From Candidatus Brocadiia bacterium (GTDB lineage Bacteria; Planctomycetota; Brocadiia; SM23-32): a stretch of DNA of 64,000 nt. The stretch covers positions 1 through 64,000 of the forward strand of contig JBKHIT010000016.1 in NCBI GenBank assembly GCA_046538485.1. Direction: 5' to 3'. How positions within the stretch are numbered: position 1 is the stretch's first letter; every line of letters begins with the position of its first letter. The notes below the pieces were generated by a model. It was not told the DNA's origin and did not search any database. It worked only from the letters and a program-made list of their open reading frames with translations. Made by a program: the position numbers and the translations under genes. Positions 1-9,805 of the stretch are shown here, in pieces.

Positions 1-289
1 CTCGTTCGGCCAAAAACAGCGGCCTCATTTCGCCCCGGGCTACGTCTGCCACGCCAGCTCCGCGGGCTTACCGACAGCACCAGCGTTAAACGCATACGAT
101 CCTATGAATGCAGGCTATATAAAACGGCGCATGCCGTTTAGCCCGGATTTTTGGCTGAGAAGGGTTATGAACGGTCTTCAAAAAAGATTCTACCCTAATT
201 TGGCAAGAATGGCTTCCAATTATCCGTAAAATCCGGGCCAGGGCGCGGCTGGGGCGGGCCAACATGATTTACTGAATACTCTACTGCCT

Positions 290-1555
290 TCAGTCCAGCA
301 CTTCGTAGCCGGCTCCGAGGACCTGTTTGAGGCGGGATTTGAGTTTGAGTTTCAGCAGGGCCACTCCCGCGTAGCGGTCCGGGCAGCGTTTCGGGAGCCC
401 TTTGATGACAAGGCGTCGTTTTTTCCCCGGGTTCTGGACGAAATCCAGTTTCTTGCCGTTGTGGGCCAGAGTGACCTCTTCCACGGTGCTTCTCAGGCCG
501 CCGATAGCGAGTTCTTCTCCGGGCCAGCGTTCGCACCAGAAATAGGCGCAACGGCCTTTATCCTTCGCGGTCCAACTTCCGGTGGGAAGCCATTCAATTC
601 GGTCGTCGATCCGCGTGACGTCGCCGTAGACGGCATCGCCGTATTTTTTGAGCCATTTTCCGACTGTGGTGAGTCGTTCGGTGGCTTGTTCGGGGACGGA
701 TCCGTCGGCTTTTGGGCCTATATTGAGCAGGAGGTTGCCGCCGCCAGCGGTGCAGCTGCGGAGCAGGCCGAGCACGTCGCGGACCGAGCGCCAGTCTTCG
801 GGCGGAGCGGGCTGGTAGCCCCAGGAACCGTTGAAGGTCATGCAGGCTTCCCAGGCGCGGTCTCCTTCTTCGGCTTTGACATGTTCCTCGGGGGTTCCAA
901 AATCGCCCGGGAGTTTTGCGCGGTTATTGATGATTATCTCGGGTTGGAGTTCGCCGGCCATATCGATCATTTCGCGGCTTTCCCAGGCTTCGGCGTCGGG
1001 CAGGGGCCAGGAGACGTCGAACCAGAGGATATCGATTTTGCCGTAGTTGCTCATCAGTTCCCGCACGCAGCCGTGGGTAAAATCGACGAAACGCCGTCGG
1101 GCTTTTTCATTTTTCTTACATCGAGCGCCGTCGGGGTGGTGCCAGTCCATGAGGGAGTAATAGAACCCGACTTTCAGGTCGAATTCGCGGCAGGCATCGA
1201 CGTATTCCTGGACGAGGTCCCGCCCCGGTCCGTGCTGTGCCGCGTTGTAATCGGTCATATCGCTGTCCCACAGCAGGAACCCTTCGTGGTGTTTGGTTGT
1301 CATGACCATGTATTTCTGACCGGCTTTTTTGGCCAGTCGGGCCCATTCGCGCATGGGACGTGGTTTTGGTTTCCAGCTATCGACGAGCTTTTCGTATTCT
1401 TTCAGGGGGATACGTTCCCGGTTCATGACCCACTCGTGGCGTTCGAGCTGGGAGTAGAGTCCCCAGTGGATGAACATTCCAAAACGCGCATCGTGCCACC
1501 ATTTCATGCGGCGGGCGCGATTTTTTTCCGTCTCTGACTTGCTGGCCATTATCAT
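290..1555 (-). CDS. alpha-L-fucosidase (GH29)
   Basis: WWHDARFGMFIHWGLYS, TTKHHEGF, ILWFD and GGGNLLLNIGP motifs. Confidence 0.92.
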   Translation of the reverse strand: MIMASKSETEKNRARRMKWWHDARFGMFIHWGLYSQLERHEWVMNRERIPLKEYEKLVDSWKPKPRPMREWARLAKKAGQKYMVMTTKHHEGFLLWDSDMTDYNAAQHGPGRDLVQEYVDACREFDLKVGFYYSLMDWHHPDGARCKKNEKARRRFVDFTHGCVRELMSNYGKIDILWFDVSWPLPDAEAWESREMIDMAGELQPEIIINNRAKLPGDFGTPEEHVKAEEGDRAWEACMTFNGSWGYQPAPPEDWRSVRDVLGLLRSCTAGGGNLLLNIGPKADGSVPEQATERLTTVGKWLKKYGDAVYGDVTRIDDRIEWLPTGSWTAKDKGRCAYFWCERWPGEELAIGGLRSTVEEVTLAHNGKKLDFVQNPGKKRRLVIKGLPKRCPDRYAGVALLKLKLKSRLKQVLGAGYEVLD

Positions 1556-1688
1556 GTCTCCCGATGAGATGAAGCGAGCCGAAATGAACAGGGACCCATT
1601 TTAGCGCGGACGGGAGGTGTTGCAAATAGGAGAATTTTCTTCGCAACGATCAGGTGTGTGGAGAGGAGATTTTGGGGGAGAGACTTTT

Positions 1689-3008
1689 TCAAGCGGGAGT
1701 GGCTTCGATGAGCTTAAGGACGGAGTTGAAGAGGAAAGCACGACCAAGCAGGAAAAAGCCCATTGATAGCACGGCGGCTGCGGGAACGGTGATGAGCCAC
1801 GAGGCGAAGATGTTGCGAGTCACTTTTTTGTCCACTGCCCCGAGTCCTCGGGCGAGACCGACTCCCAGGATTGCACCGACAAGTGTATGGGTGGTCGAGA
1901 TGGGGAGACCGAGACGACTGCAGAGGAGGACCGTGGTGGTTGCTGCAACGTCCGCTGCGACGCCGCGAGAAGGGGTAATCTGAGTGATTTTTTCGCCCAC
2001 GGTTCGCATCACGCGGTAGCCGTACATTGCGAGGCCAAGCGTGATTCCGCAACCTCCGAGAGCGAGTATCCAGAAAGGGACAGAAACCTTCATTTGGACG
2101 GTGCCGGACCGCACGATCTCAGCCACAGCGGCGATGGGGCCAACCGCGTTGGCGACATCGTTGGAACCGTGGGCGAAGGCCACGCAACAAGATGTTGCGA
2201 TAACCAGGGGCGCGAAAATTTTTTCCACCTTTTCCAGTTGTTCGTGAAGTGGTCGGTTACCGTCCTGTCGCAGGAAGCGTTTGATCAGGTATTTCGAGAG
2301 CCAGGCGCAGAGCAGGCCGATAGCCAGGGATATGCCGATTGCTCTTGTGCCGGTGAGCCAATCGGCTTCCGAGAGGAGGTGTTTAAGGCCTTTGTAGAAG
2401 ATGGCAAGTGTGACGGTGATACCTGTGAAGAAGACGATAATGGGGGCGAAACGTACCGCCGCTTTCACCGGTTTTCGCTGTCCCAGGATCGCCCAGCTGA
2501 TGAGTTTGAAAAAGATAAAAGCCAAGATGCCGCCGGCCACCGGCGAGATGAACCAGCTGGCCACGATTTGTCCCATTTTGTCCCAATTTACGGCGCTCCA
2601 ACCGGCAGCTGTGATTCCAAAGCCAGCGATGGCCCCTACGATGGAATGGGTCGTTGATACCGGCATGCTCATCCAGGTGGCGAGATTAAGCCAGAGAGCT
2701 GCCGCCAGAAGTGCCGCAGCCATCCCGATGGCCAGCAAGGCCGCCGCTTCGTGCGTTCCTTCAAGCCCAGGTATGTTGGTGAAACGCTCAGGACTGACGA
2801 TTCCTTTTCGAACGGTATTCGTCACGTGTGACCCAACCAGCACCGCACCGGCGAACTCGCAGATGCCGGCGGCTATTATGGCTTTTTTGATGCTGATGGA
2901 TTTAGACCCAACGGCATCGGCCATTGAGTTAGCGACATCGTTTGCGCCGATATTCCACGCCATGTAGAGGCCAAGCGCCGCCGTGATCAATACGATGATC
3001 CAGCCCAT
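1689..3008 (-). CDS. pit: PiT-family inorganic phosphate transporter
   Basis: GANDVANS and HGSNDVANA signatures, PVSTTH/PISTTH, multiple TM segments. Confidence 0.93.
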   Translation of the reverse strand: MGWIIVLITAALGLYMAWNIGANDVANSMADAVGSKSISIKKAIIAAGICEFAGAVLVGSHVTNTVRKGIVSPERFTNIPGLEGTHEAAALLAIGMAAALLAAALWLNLATWMSMPVSTTHSIVGAIAGFGITAAGWSAVNWDKMGQIVASWFISPVAGGILAFIFFKLISWAILGQRKPVKAAVRFAPIIVFFTGITVTLAIFYKGLKHLLSEADWLTGTRAIGISLAIGLLCAWLSKYLIKRFLRQDGNRPLHEQLEKVEKIFAPLVIATSCCVAFAHGSNDVANAVGPIAAVAEIVRSGTVQMKVSVPFWILALGGCGITLGLAMYGYRVMRTVGEKITQITPSRGVAADVAATTTVLLCSRLGLPISTTHTLVGAILGVGLARGLGAVDKKVTRNIFASWLITVPAAAVLSMGFFLLGRAFLFNSVLKLIEATPA

Positions 3009-3043
3009 AGTTTCCTTTCGGGAAGTTCAGTCCGCGGGGAGGG

Positions 3044-3718
3044 TCAGCTTTTGGATATCATCATCCGAAGAAGCTCGCCGGTATTCTCGCCGGCATTAGC
3101 GATTTCGCTGAGGGTCTCCAGTATCTTTTCATAAAAGATAATTGTTATGGGGCCAAGTTCATCCTCCAGCTTGTACATCTCAATGCTGAGATGTCTTTGC
3201 ATGCGATCGCATTTCCACTCTTCTTCTCCCAGCCCGGTGAGAGTTTCAAGGACGGACTGAGCTTGGGCTCCACTAAAAGATGTTTCGGCAAGAAAATCGA
3301 GCTCCTCGGCTGCGTCCATGAGGGTATCTCCCACCTGGATCACCTGATCCGCAAATTCGAGAAAATCCTGTTTGAGTTTTTCGTGTATTTTCGTGTTACG
3401 TATCACGAGGACCACAGCAAAATCCTCCACTGCATCTGCAACGGCGTCCTGTGAATGCAAAAACTGGTGGAGATCTTCGCGGTTAACAGGGAGGAAGTAC
3501 CGCCGCGGCAGGTGCTCGCGGATGGCGTGTTTGATTTGATCGGCCTCGTATTCAAGTTTAGAGACTTCGTCCTGAAGCCGATGGATTTCCTCGTAATCCT
3601 CTTGGATAGTGGCTTCCAGGAGAGGTCGAATCAGTTCGACAGTTTCATGGACTTTCTGCGTGTGTTTGAGCAGAGGCCCGAAAGGTGATTCGCCGAAAAG
3701 TTCCGATATGAGGCTCAT
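3044..3718 (-). CDS. DUF47/TIGR00153 phosphate transport regulator (PhoU-like)
   Basis: LEYEADQIK...FLPVNREDL motif; directly upstream of PiT, the typical pairing. Confidence 0.88.
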   Translation of the reverse strand: MSLISELFGESPFGPLLKHTQKVHETVELIRPLLEATIQEDYEEIHRLQDEVSKLEYEADQIKHAIREHLPRRYFLPVNREDLHQFLHSQDAVADAVEDFAVVLVIRNTKIHEKLKQDFLEFADQVIQVGDTLMDAAEELDFLAETSFSGAQAQSVLETLTGLGEEEWKCDRMQRHLSIEMYKLEDELGPITIIFYEKILETLSEIANAGENTGELLRMMISKS

Positions 3719-3936
3719 TGTCCCACCTCTGAAAAAGGAAGGTCGATCGCCCGTCGCTCGCCAGCACAGAAAAAGCGCAGATACCAGGGAAACATTGTAA
3801 GGAGGTTATCAGAGAACACTTTTAAGGTCAACTCGAGGGGGAGCACCGGACCTTCGCCGGGATTCTATGGGAAACGGACTTCTTGAGAAGTATGCCTGCA
3901 CGCCGGTTAAGAGGGAGAGATTAAAGAGGCGGCGTC

Positions 3937-4773
3937 TCACTCTTTTTTCAGTTCGGAGACAACCTCTTTACCTGTCGAGTCAGTGCGAACGAACTGTTCG
4001 GAAATGGATATTCCGGATTCCCCTTTGACAGCTTCATCTTTGGCATTACGGGCAGCGGCCACGGTGTTCTCTGTGGTCTCGCCATTGAGAGGATAAGCGG
4101 CTATGCCAACGCCGATCTGGAACGAATCGAGGACTTTACCACCCGGAATTTGAATTGAGAAACTCGAAAGGGCTTCGACCACAGATTCAGCTACGGTTCG
4201 TGCTTCACGCCGATTCGTTTGAGGCAACATTGCTAGAAATTCATTTCCCCCAAGATGGCCGAGTGCGTCATATTGTCGCAGTTGCGAGGCGAGCAAAGAA
4301 TAGGTTTCTTCTTGGATGGTATCTTGCACTTTTGCCCCATATTGCCCGCGGATATCTTCGAGATCAAGTAGCTCAAGGTACAGCAGACTCATGACCCCTC
4401 CGTGCCTGTCGATCCTCGCCTGCTCTTCGTCCAGTCGGGTTTTAAGATACATATAATCGTTGGTGCCGCTTGGTTCGGAAGCGCGGGCCATTTTTTCCAG
4501 TCGGATCGTGGCGGACCGATCCAATTTCTTTATCGTCATATCACTCAATTCATCCGAATGGCGCAGGGCATACCACGCTACGGCAATCAACCAGGTTGCT
4601 CCTGCGCTCAGGATAAGTTCTACCCCGGCCGGCCATACATAGAATTCGACGGCTGAAACGAGAGTCAACAGCGCGCAGAGGCCTGCGCCACCCAGGGCGA
4701 TGAAACCGGCACGCCGGTAGCGTTCCATGCTATGTTGAACTTCAGGGGAAGTCTGCGATTTTTCTGAGGCCAA
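3937..4773 (-). CDS. membrane GGDEF-domain protein, degenerate (GGNEF)
   Basis: Two N-terminal TM helices; LRQYDALGHLGGNEFLAMLP; GVGIAAYP; TTG start after GAGGGG. Confidence 0.8.
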   Translation of the reverse strand: MASEKSQTSPEVQHSMERYRRAGFIALGGAGLCALLTLVSAVEFYVWPAGVELILSAGATWLIAVAWYALRHSDELSDMTIKKLDRSATIRLEKMARASEPSGTNDYMYLKTRLDEEQARIDRHGGVMSLLYLELLDLEDIRGQYGAKVQDTIQEETYSLLASQLRQYDALGHLGGNEFLAMLPQTNRREARTVAESVVEALSSFSIQIPGGKVLDSFQIGVGIAAYPLNGETTENTVAAARNAKDEAVKGESGISISEQFVRTDSTGKEVVSELKKE

Positions 4774-5136
4774 AGCGAACCCCTCGATTTCGAAAGTTTA
4801 GACAGTATATATAAGCGGTGCTGTATCCACAGCTGGCCGCTTAATACCCCGTATTCTGCTACGAGCAATACGGGTCGGTAAAGGACTGTTCGCGCCTAAA
4901 ATCCACAGTTTCCGTTATTTTAGCGTATCGTTGCGTGCGGGGCAAAGTACCTGGGCTATTTTCCATCCCGGCTTCAGCAATAGTAAAAGGCCGTGCCGAA
5001 TTGAGAGAACTGAGTTGTTCAAAAACGATGTATGCAGCACAGAGCATATTTGAGTATTGATTCTGCGTCTCACTATCCCTATGATAGATAATAATGTCTC
5101 GTGGCCTATAAACTCAATGTTGGGGCGGGGGTGCGT

Positions 5137-5913
5137 ATGGCGCAAAAGATTCGTTTTAAAAACCACATGACATTTTTCCTGATTTCCCTCACCGTACACC
5201 TCATAATCTTTGGTGTTCTGGCCGTTTTAGGGGTTCTGCATGATCTGAGTGGTCTGCCTATTACGGCGATTCGAAATATACCGCAGCCAGTTGAGATTAC
5301 CTCCGTAGAGGTTGAGCTTGATCCAAAAGCGTTTGTCGACGTTGACGATCGAAAAATGGCCGTCAATCTCAAACAGATTTACTCGAAGACAAAACGGGAA
5401 CTTGGAGAACTTTCTAACGAAGAGAAAATGCGACGCCTCCGTCGGAAGATGAAGCAACTCGAACGGGTGCGTCCGAGGAGCATTGAGGCCATTGCCGGTG
5501 CCGTCGAGGCATGGAAAGGTATCGACAGTGATCGAGCATATGCTCCAAAAAAGGAAGCTGAAGGCAAATTCGACCCCGATTCCGCCTCACTCTACGATAT
5601 CCGGCGGCTCCAAAAAAAGAACGGTGAGGTGGTATATGTCTTTATACTGGTTGACAGGGCAGGGCAAACGCTCACTAACGTCGTTAAGGAAGAAAACATG
5701 GCTCCGCGTGATTTGAGAGCCTACCAGATTTTCAAAATGGGCAGTGATAATCCCGCTTTGAGACGTCTGATTGAAACGACACGCAAGATCCACGCTTCGA
5801 CATACACCACTCCGGCGCCCCAGAAGAACCGTACTTCATCGGCAACAGCTGAGGAGACCCAGGAGAAGAATGCTGAGAAAGGAAATGGGACACGTCTGGA
5901 GGGCGAAAAATAA
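5137..5913 (+). CDS. hypothetical membrane-anchored protein
   Basis: Long ORF with N-terminal hydrophobic segment (ISLTVHLIIFGVLAVL); start uncertain (5101/5137/5167). Confidence 0.65.
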   Translation: MAQKIRFKNHMTFFLISLTVHLIIFGVLAVLGVLHDLSGLPITAIRNIPQPVEITSVEVELDPKAFVDVDDRKMAVNLKQIYSKTKRELGELSNEEKMRRLRRKMKQLERVRPRSIEAIAGAVEAWKGIDSDRAYAPKKEAEGKFDPDSASLYDIRRLQKKNGEVVYVFILVDRAGQTLTNVVKEENMAPRDLRAYQIFKMGSDNPALRRLIETTRKIHASTYTTPAPQKNRTSSATAEETQEKNAEKGNGTRLEGEK

Positions 5914-5923
5914 GCTGTTGCCG

Positions 5924-7150
5924 TCATGTGCGCAGGCGGACGAAACGACGTTTCCCGATTTTTAGAATGTCGCCATTATGCACTGGAACGTCAGCATTTG
6001 TGTCGCTTATAACCTCCAGCGAGTCGGCGTCGCTTCCCAGGCTCACTCCCCCCTGCCCGATGAGCCGACGGGCCTGACTGTTTGAGTCAGCACATCCTGC
6101 GAGCCGGACGAGTTTTACCAGCCACAGGCGGCCGTCTTCCAGGTCTTCAGGTAAGAGTTCAATTTCCTTCATGTCGCTGGGTAGTTCTTTTTCCCGGAAG
6201 ACTCTTTCGAACTCTTCGGCGGCTTCCCGGGCGCTTTCTTTGTCGAAATAACGCCGCACAATGGCAGCTGCCAGCGCAGCTTTGGCATCGCGGGGATGCG
6301 TCTCCGGAGAAAGCAGCTGTTCGATTCGTTCCATTGGCAAATCCGTGGTGAGGATGAAATACTTTTCCATCAGCTCATCCGGTATGCTCATCGCCTTTCC
6401 GTAGATTTTTGCAGGTTTTTCGTTAATGCCAATGTAGTTTCCTTTACTTTTTGACATCTTTTCGGTTCCGTCGAGCCCTTCCAGCAGTGGATTGGTGACG
6501 GCCACCTGCGGTTGCTGCCCCAATTGCCGTTGCAGGTTACGGCCCAGCAGAATGTTGAAAATTTGATCCGTTCCTCCCAATTCGACGTCAGCTTCAACCA
6601 TAACTGAATCGTATGCCTGCATCATGGGATAGAGCAATTCGTGGAGTCCGACGGCCTGCCCTTCCTCGAGACGTTTCTGAAAATCGTCTCTTTCTAAACA
6701 GCGCGCGACAGTGAGGTTTCCAGCCAGCTGGATAACATCGCCGAGGTTCATTTTTGAGAACCAGTCTCCGTTTTGCACAATCTCGGCTTCTTCCAGGTCG
6801 ACGATTTTGCCGACCTGATTGAGGTAAGTGCGGGCGTGCTGCATCACTTCTTCGTGGCTCAGCTGCGGGCGCATCGCGTTCTGCTGACTGGGATCGCCCA
6901 CGGTTGCTGTATAGTCGCCGATGATAAGGACAGCGTGGTGTCCCAAATCCTGGAATGTCCTTAGCTTATGGAGAGGTACCGCGTTGCCCACGTGAATATC
7001 GGGTGCGGTCGGGTCAAGCCCGAGTTTTACCCGCAGAGGTTTGCTGCTGTCGCAAGCGTTCTGGATCTTTTCTTTGAGCTCTTCCTCCGGCACGATGTCG
7101 GCAGCACCCCGCCGTATAAGGTTCATTTGTTCATCGAAACTTTCCATCAT
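5924..7150 (-). CDS. tyrS: tyrosine--tRNA ligase
   Basis: GLDPTAPDIHVGN (HIGH-like), GGTDQ, KMSKS, C-terminal S4 domain; ATG at 7150 or 7147 after AGGAG. Confidence 0.96.
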   Translation of the reverse strand: MMESFDEQMNLIRRGAADIVPEEELKEKIQNACDSSKPLRVKLGLDPTAPDIHVGNAVPLHKLRTFQDLGHHAVLIIGDYTATVGDPSQQNAMRPQLSHEEVMQHARTYLNQVGKIVDLEEAEIVQNGDWFSKMNLGDVIQLAGNLTVARCLERDDFQKRLEEGQAVGLHELLYPMMQAYDSVMVEADVELGGTDQIFNILLGRNLQRQLGQQPQVAVTNPLLEGLDGTEKMSKSKGNYIGINEKPAKIYGKAMSIPDELMEKYFILTTDLPMERIEQLLSPETHPRDAKAALAAAIVRRYFDKESAREAAEEFERVFREKELPSDMKEIELLPEDLEDGRLWLVKLVRLAGCADSNSQARRLIGQGGVSLGSDADSLEVISDTNADVPVHNGDILKIGKRRFVRLRT

Positions 7151-7205
7151 CTCTCCTGGTGGTAAAAACGGATTTTGCGGGGCAAAACCGGCGAGTTGTC
7201 TTATT

Positions 7206-7970
7206 TTAGTGGAAGTAAGCATAAAGGAAAAACGCCGCGAGCATTACTCCGTTGTGAAGCATGTGGAGAAAGATTGCCATCGCAAGGCTTCCACACGCTT
7301 CGAAGACCCACGTAAGCACCATGGCCAGGATGAAGAGGTGGGCCAGTCCGGCTGGGTAGGCATGAACTCCCGCGAATATGAGAGAAATCAGCGCAGCCGC
7401 CCGAAAGCTGCCGTAGCGACGCCGGGCCGGCAGGTACAGAAAACCGCGAAAAATAAGCTCTTCAACGATGGGCGCAAGAACGACGGCCGAGAAGCAGAAC
7501 AGCGCCATATTCATGTGCTGTTTGTTTTGCTGGGCCATGAATAACCAGCGGACCACAAGCTGAGGCCTGGCCTGCCGGCCCAGAAGTTGCAGAACATTTG
7601 CCTGCACAATTTCCCATAGTATTAAAGCTCCGAGGCCAATCGCAATAGGCTTTATGCTCCGGCGGGCCAGCTCCCTGGCCGGGGTAATCTGAAGCCCGAT
7701 ATTTTTGACAAGCGTCTGCCAATTTCGAGTTCGGCTCCATAGAAATACGAAGCAGATGATCAGCACGGCGGTGTTACTGACGGCGAGTTCGAGGGGGATG
7801 CGGCCCGATTGGAGAGGTTCGAATGTCTGAAAGACGCGGCCGAAAAAAGCATGGATGGTGGCAAAGAGGATAAGAAGCATGAGGCCTTCAACCATGGACC
7901 AGGGAGGGCTCTCAAATGGCTGCCCCTTGCCCTTTTCTTTCTGGTTTTCGTTATTGATGGTCTCTGCCAT
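7206..7970 (-). CDS. CPBP (Abi/CAAX) family intramembrane metalloprotease
   Basis: APIVEELIFRG, FAGVH and HMLHN motifs; multiple TM segments. Confidence 0.9.
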   Translation of the reverse strand: MAETINNENQKEKGKGQPFESPPWSMVEGLMLLILFATIHAFFGRVFQTFEPLQSGRIPLELAVSNTAVLIICFVFLWSRTRNWQTLVKNIGLQITPARELARRSIKPIAIGLGALILWEIVQANVLQLLGRQARPQLVVRWLFMAQQNKQHMNMALFCFSAVVLAPIVEELIFRGFLYLPARRRYGSFRAAALISLIFAGVHAYPAGLAHLFILAMVLTWVFEACGSLAMAIFLHMLHNGVMLAAFFLYAYFH

Positions 7971-7978
7971 GCGTGAAA

Positions 7979-8368
7979 TTATTTAAAAAAGACGTGCACT
8001 TGCCGGGAACGCGGGCCATCAAATTCGCAGAAAAAAATGCCCTGCCACGTGCCAAGAGCCAGTTTCCCTCCCTCAATCGGGACGATCACCGATTGGCCCA
8101 TGACGGAAGATTTGATATGCGCTGCGCTGTTACCTTCGGCGTGGGCATAATTATCGCTTAAAGGGATTATTTTGTTCAATTCTTTCAGTAGATCTTTTTT
8201 TACAGATGGATCGGCATTTTCGTTGATTGTGATCCCTGCGGTTGTGTGGGGCACGTACACGCAGCAAAAGCCTTCCTCAATATCGCTATCTCCGGCGAGA
8301 GAGGAGATGCGGCCCGTCAGGTCGAGAAGTTCGATCTGAGCCCCGGTCCTCACATCGAGTGTTTCCAT
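7979..8368 (-). CDS. yjbQ: YjbQ/UPF0047 family protein
   Basis: PHTTAGITINENADP, GNSAAHIK, LGTWQGIFFCEFDGPR; ATG 8368 after GGAGG. Confidence 0.92.
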   Translation of the reverse strand: METLDVRTGAQIELLDLTGRISSLAGDSDIEEGFCCVYVPHTTAGITINENADPSVKKDLLKELNKIIPLSDNYAHAEGNSAAHIKSSVMGQSVIVPIEGGKLALGTWQGIFFCEFDGPRSRQVHVFFK

Positions 8369-8464
8369 GAGTGGTACCTCCAGTGGTTTTCTTGTGAGCA
8401 GGCGGCCCGGGGACAATGTCCGGGAAATGTGGAATGTATCAGAAGAACTGCGCCCTATCAACTA

Positions 8465-8626
8465 GCCTCTGTCTGAGAATGCGGTCGTCGGACCGAGAGC
8501 GAGCGAATTTGCGGATGGCGCGGACGCCGAAGCAGGCCTATCCAGTGGAGATAAGCCGATACAGGCGGACAAAGCCAGCCGCAAATGCAGCCGCTCGAAT
8601 CCAGATCCGTATTTTCGGACAGAGCC
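8465..8626. mobile_element. MITE, 162 bp, imperfect TIRs, TA flanks
   Basis: Left GCCTCTGTCTGAGAATGCGG versus right CCGTATTTTCGGACAGAGCC; TA on both sides; second partial copy at 62565. Confidence 0.7.
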
Positions 8627-8663
8627 TAATGTCGGGGAGGTGTTGCGACCGGAGGGGTAACAT

Positions 8664-8804
8664 GTGACGAATGGTTAGCCGGGGGTGAGTGAGAGTTTCG
8701 CGGTCCGACCAAGGGGGATCGACCGTTGGTTTGGTCGCCCCCTTAAAGCCGGCCGCTTATGCGAATGCCGCTGAGGGCGGAACCGGAGTTGCCGGCCCCG
8801 TCAC
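8664..8804 (-). other. rod-shaped structured intergenic element (possible ncRNA)
   Basis: GTGACG/CGTCAC closing stem plus a long inner stem whose mismatches are G-U on the minus strand. Confidence 0.35.
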
Positions 8805-8813
8805 GAATTTGTA

Positions 8814-9749
8814 TCAGCGGCTTGCTGCTTCAAGCGGTAGTGAATCGTCAATGTCAGTCTGGGCCTCGAGTTCACTGATTCTGTTTTCGAGTTTTTGAAT
8901 TTTTCCTTTTTGCCCGGCCAGTGCGATGCCGACGAACAGAGCAGCAGCAATTATTATGGCCCCGATTATAAAGTGTGAAGAAACGGTTTTTTCTGTTTCT
9001 TCCTCCAGCTCGACGGCCGTTTCTTCCAGATCCTCTGGCTTGCCTCCGGGTTTCGGTAGAGTGGGAGTGTAGGAGTAAGAAGGCTCTGAGGTCTCCGATT
9101 TTTTATCGCTTTCACTCGTTTCCGGCTCTTCGTGTGCCGCAGCCAGGATGGAATCGAGCAGATCGGCCATGGTATCTTCTTCGTCTTGGAGGGGTTTTTC
9201 GGATTTTTTTTCTGTTTTATGGTCGATCTCAGGAGGCTGGATTTCCTGCTTTTCTTCTTTTTCGGGTTTCGTGTAATTGCCGCCGAGGGTGACGACTTTA
9301 TGCTCTTTGGGCTGAACTTCCTGGACTTCTTCTTCGTTCTTTTCTTCTTTCTCTTTCATTTCACTGTCCGCTGGAGGAGGAGGGGGCGGGAGATTCACAA
9401 CTTTTGAGCTTGTTTCTTCACTTTGTTTTTCTGTTTCCTTTTCTTCCTTTTCAGCCTCTATTTCTTCTTTAGTTTCGGTAGGGGAGTTTTGTTCTTCAGA
9501 GGAATCATGGTTTCCTTTCTTTTTTTCTTGTGTCACAGGTGTTTGAACTTTCGCCTCGCGCATTTCCTCCTCTTCTTCGGGAAGTTCCGGCTCATTTGGT
9601 GGTATCTCGCCCACGATTTGTCCGGTCTCTTCTTGTTGTCTGCGAAACGCCCAAAGTTGTCGAGGTGTAAGGCGTTCTTTCCTTTCCTGATAGTCGGAGT
9701 TTGCCTGGCGTCCGACTGTCTCTTCTTCACGTGCTTCCGAATCTCCCAT
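8814..9749 (-). CDS. acidic low-complexity protein with C-terminal TM helix and short coiled coil
   Basis: E/K/P-rich body, HFIIGAIIIAAALFVGIALA, KIQKLENRISELEAQ; GGAGG RBS; follows parA. Confidence 0.75.
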   Translation of the reverse strand: MGDSEAREEETVGRQANSDYQERKERLTPRQLWAFRRQQEETGQIVGEIPPNEPELPEEEEEMREAKVQTPVTQEKKKGNHDSSEEQNSPTETKEEIEAEKEEKETEKQSEETSSKVVNLPPPPPPADSEMKEKEEKNEEEVQEVQPKEHKVVTLGGNYTKPEKEEKQEIQPPEIDHKTEKKSEKPLQDEEDTMADLLDSILAAAHEEPETSESDKKSETSEPSYSYTPTLPKPGGKPEDLEETAVELEEETEKTVSSHFIIGAIIIAAALFVGIALAGQKGKIQKLENRISELEAQTDIDDSLPLEAASR

Positions 9750-9805
9750 ACTGCCTCCGGCATACTAGTTTATTGTGTTATCCTTTAGAGTCATTCACAG
9801 GTTAT

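Noticed and set aside
461..1537. Long antisense ORFs (also 18430-19692, 24119-25360, 25466-26569, 27455-28468)
   Set aside because: They lie opposite well-supported genes and have no recognisable motifs; they are shadow ORFs in GC-rich DNA.
7150..8460. T-box leader for tyrS
   Set aside because: No T-box consensus; the upstream region is occupied by the CPBP and yjbQ coding sequences.
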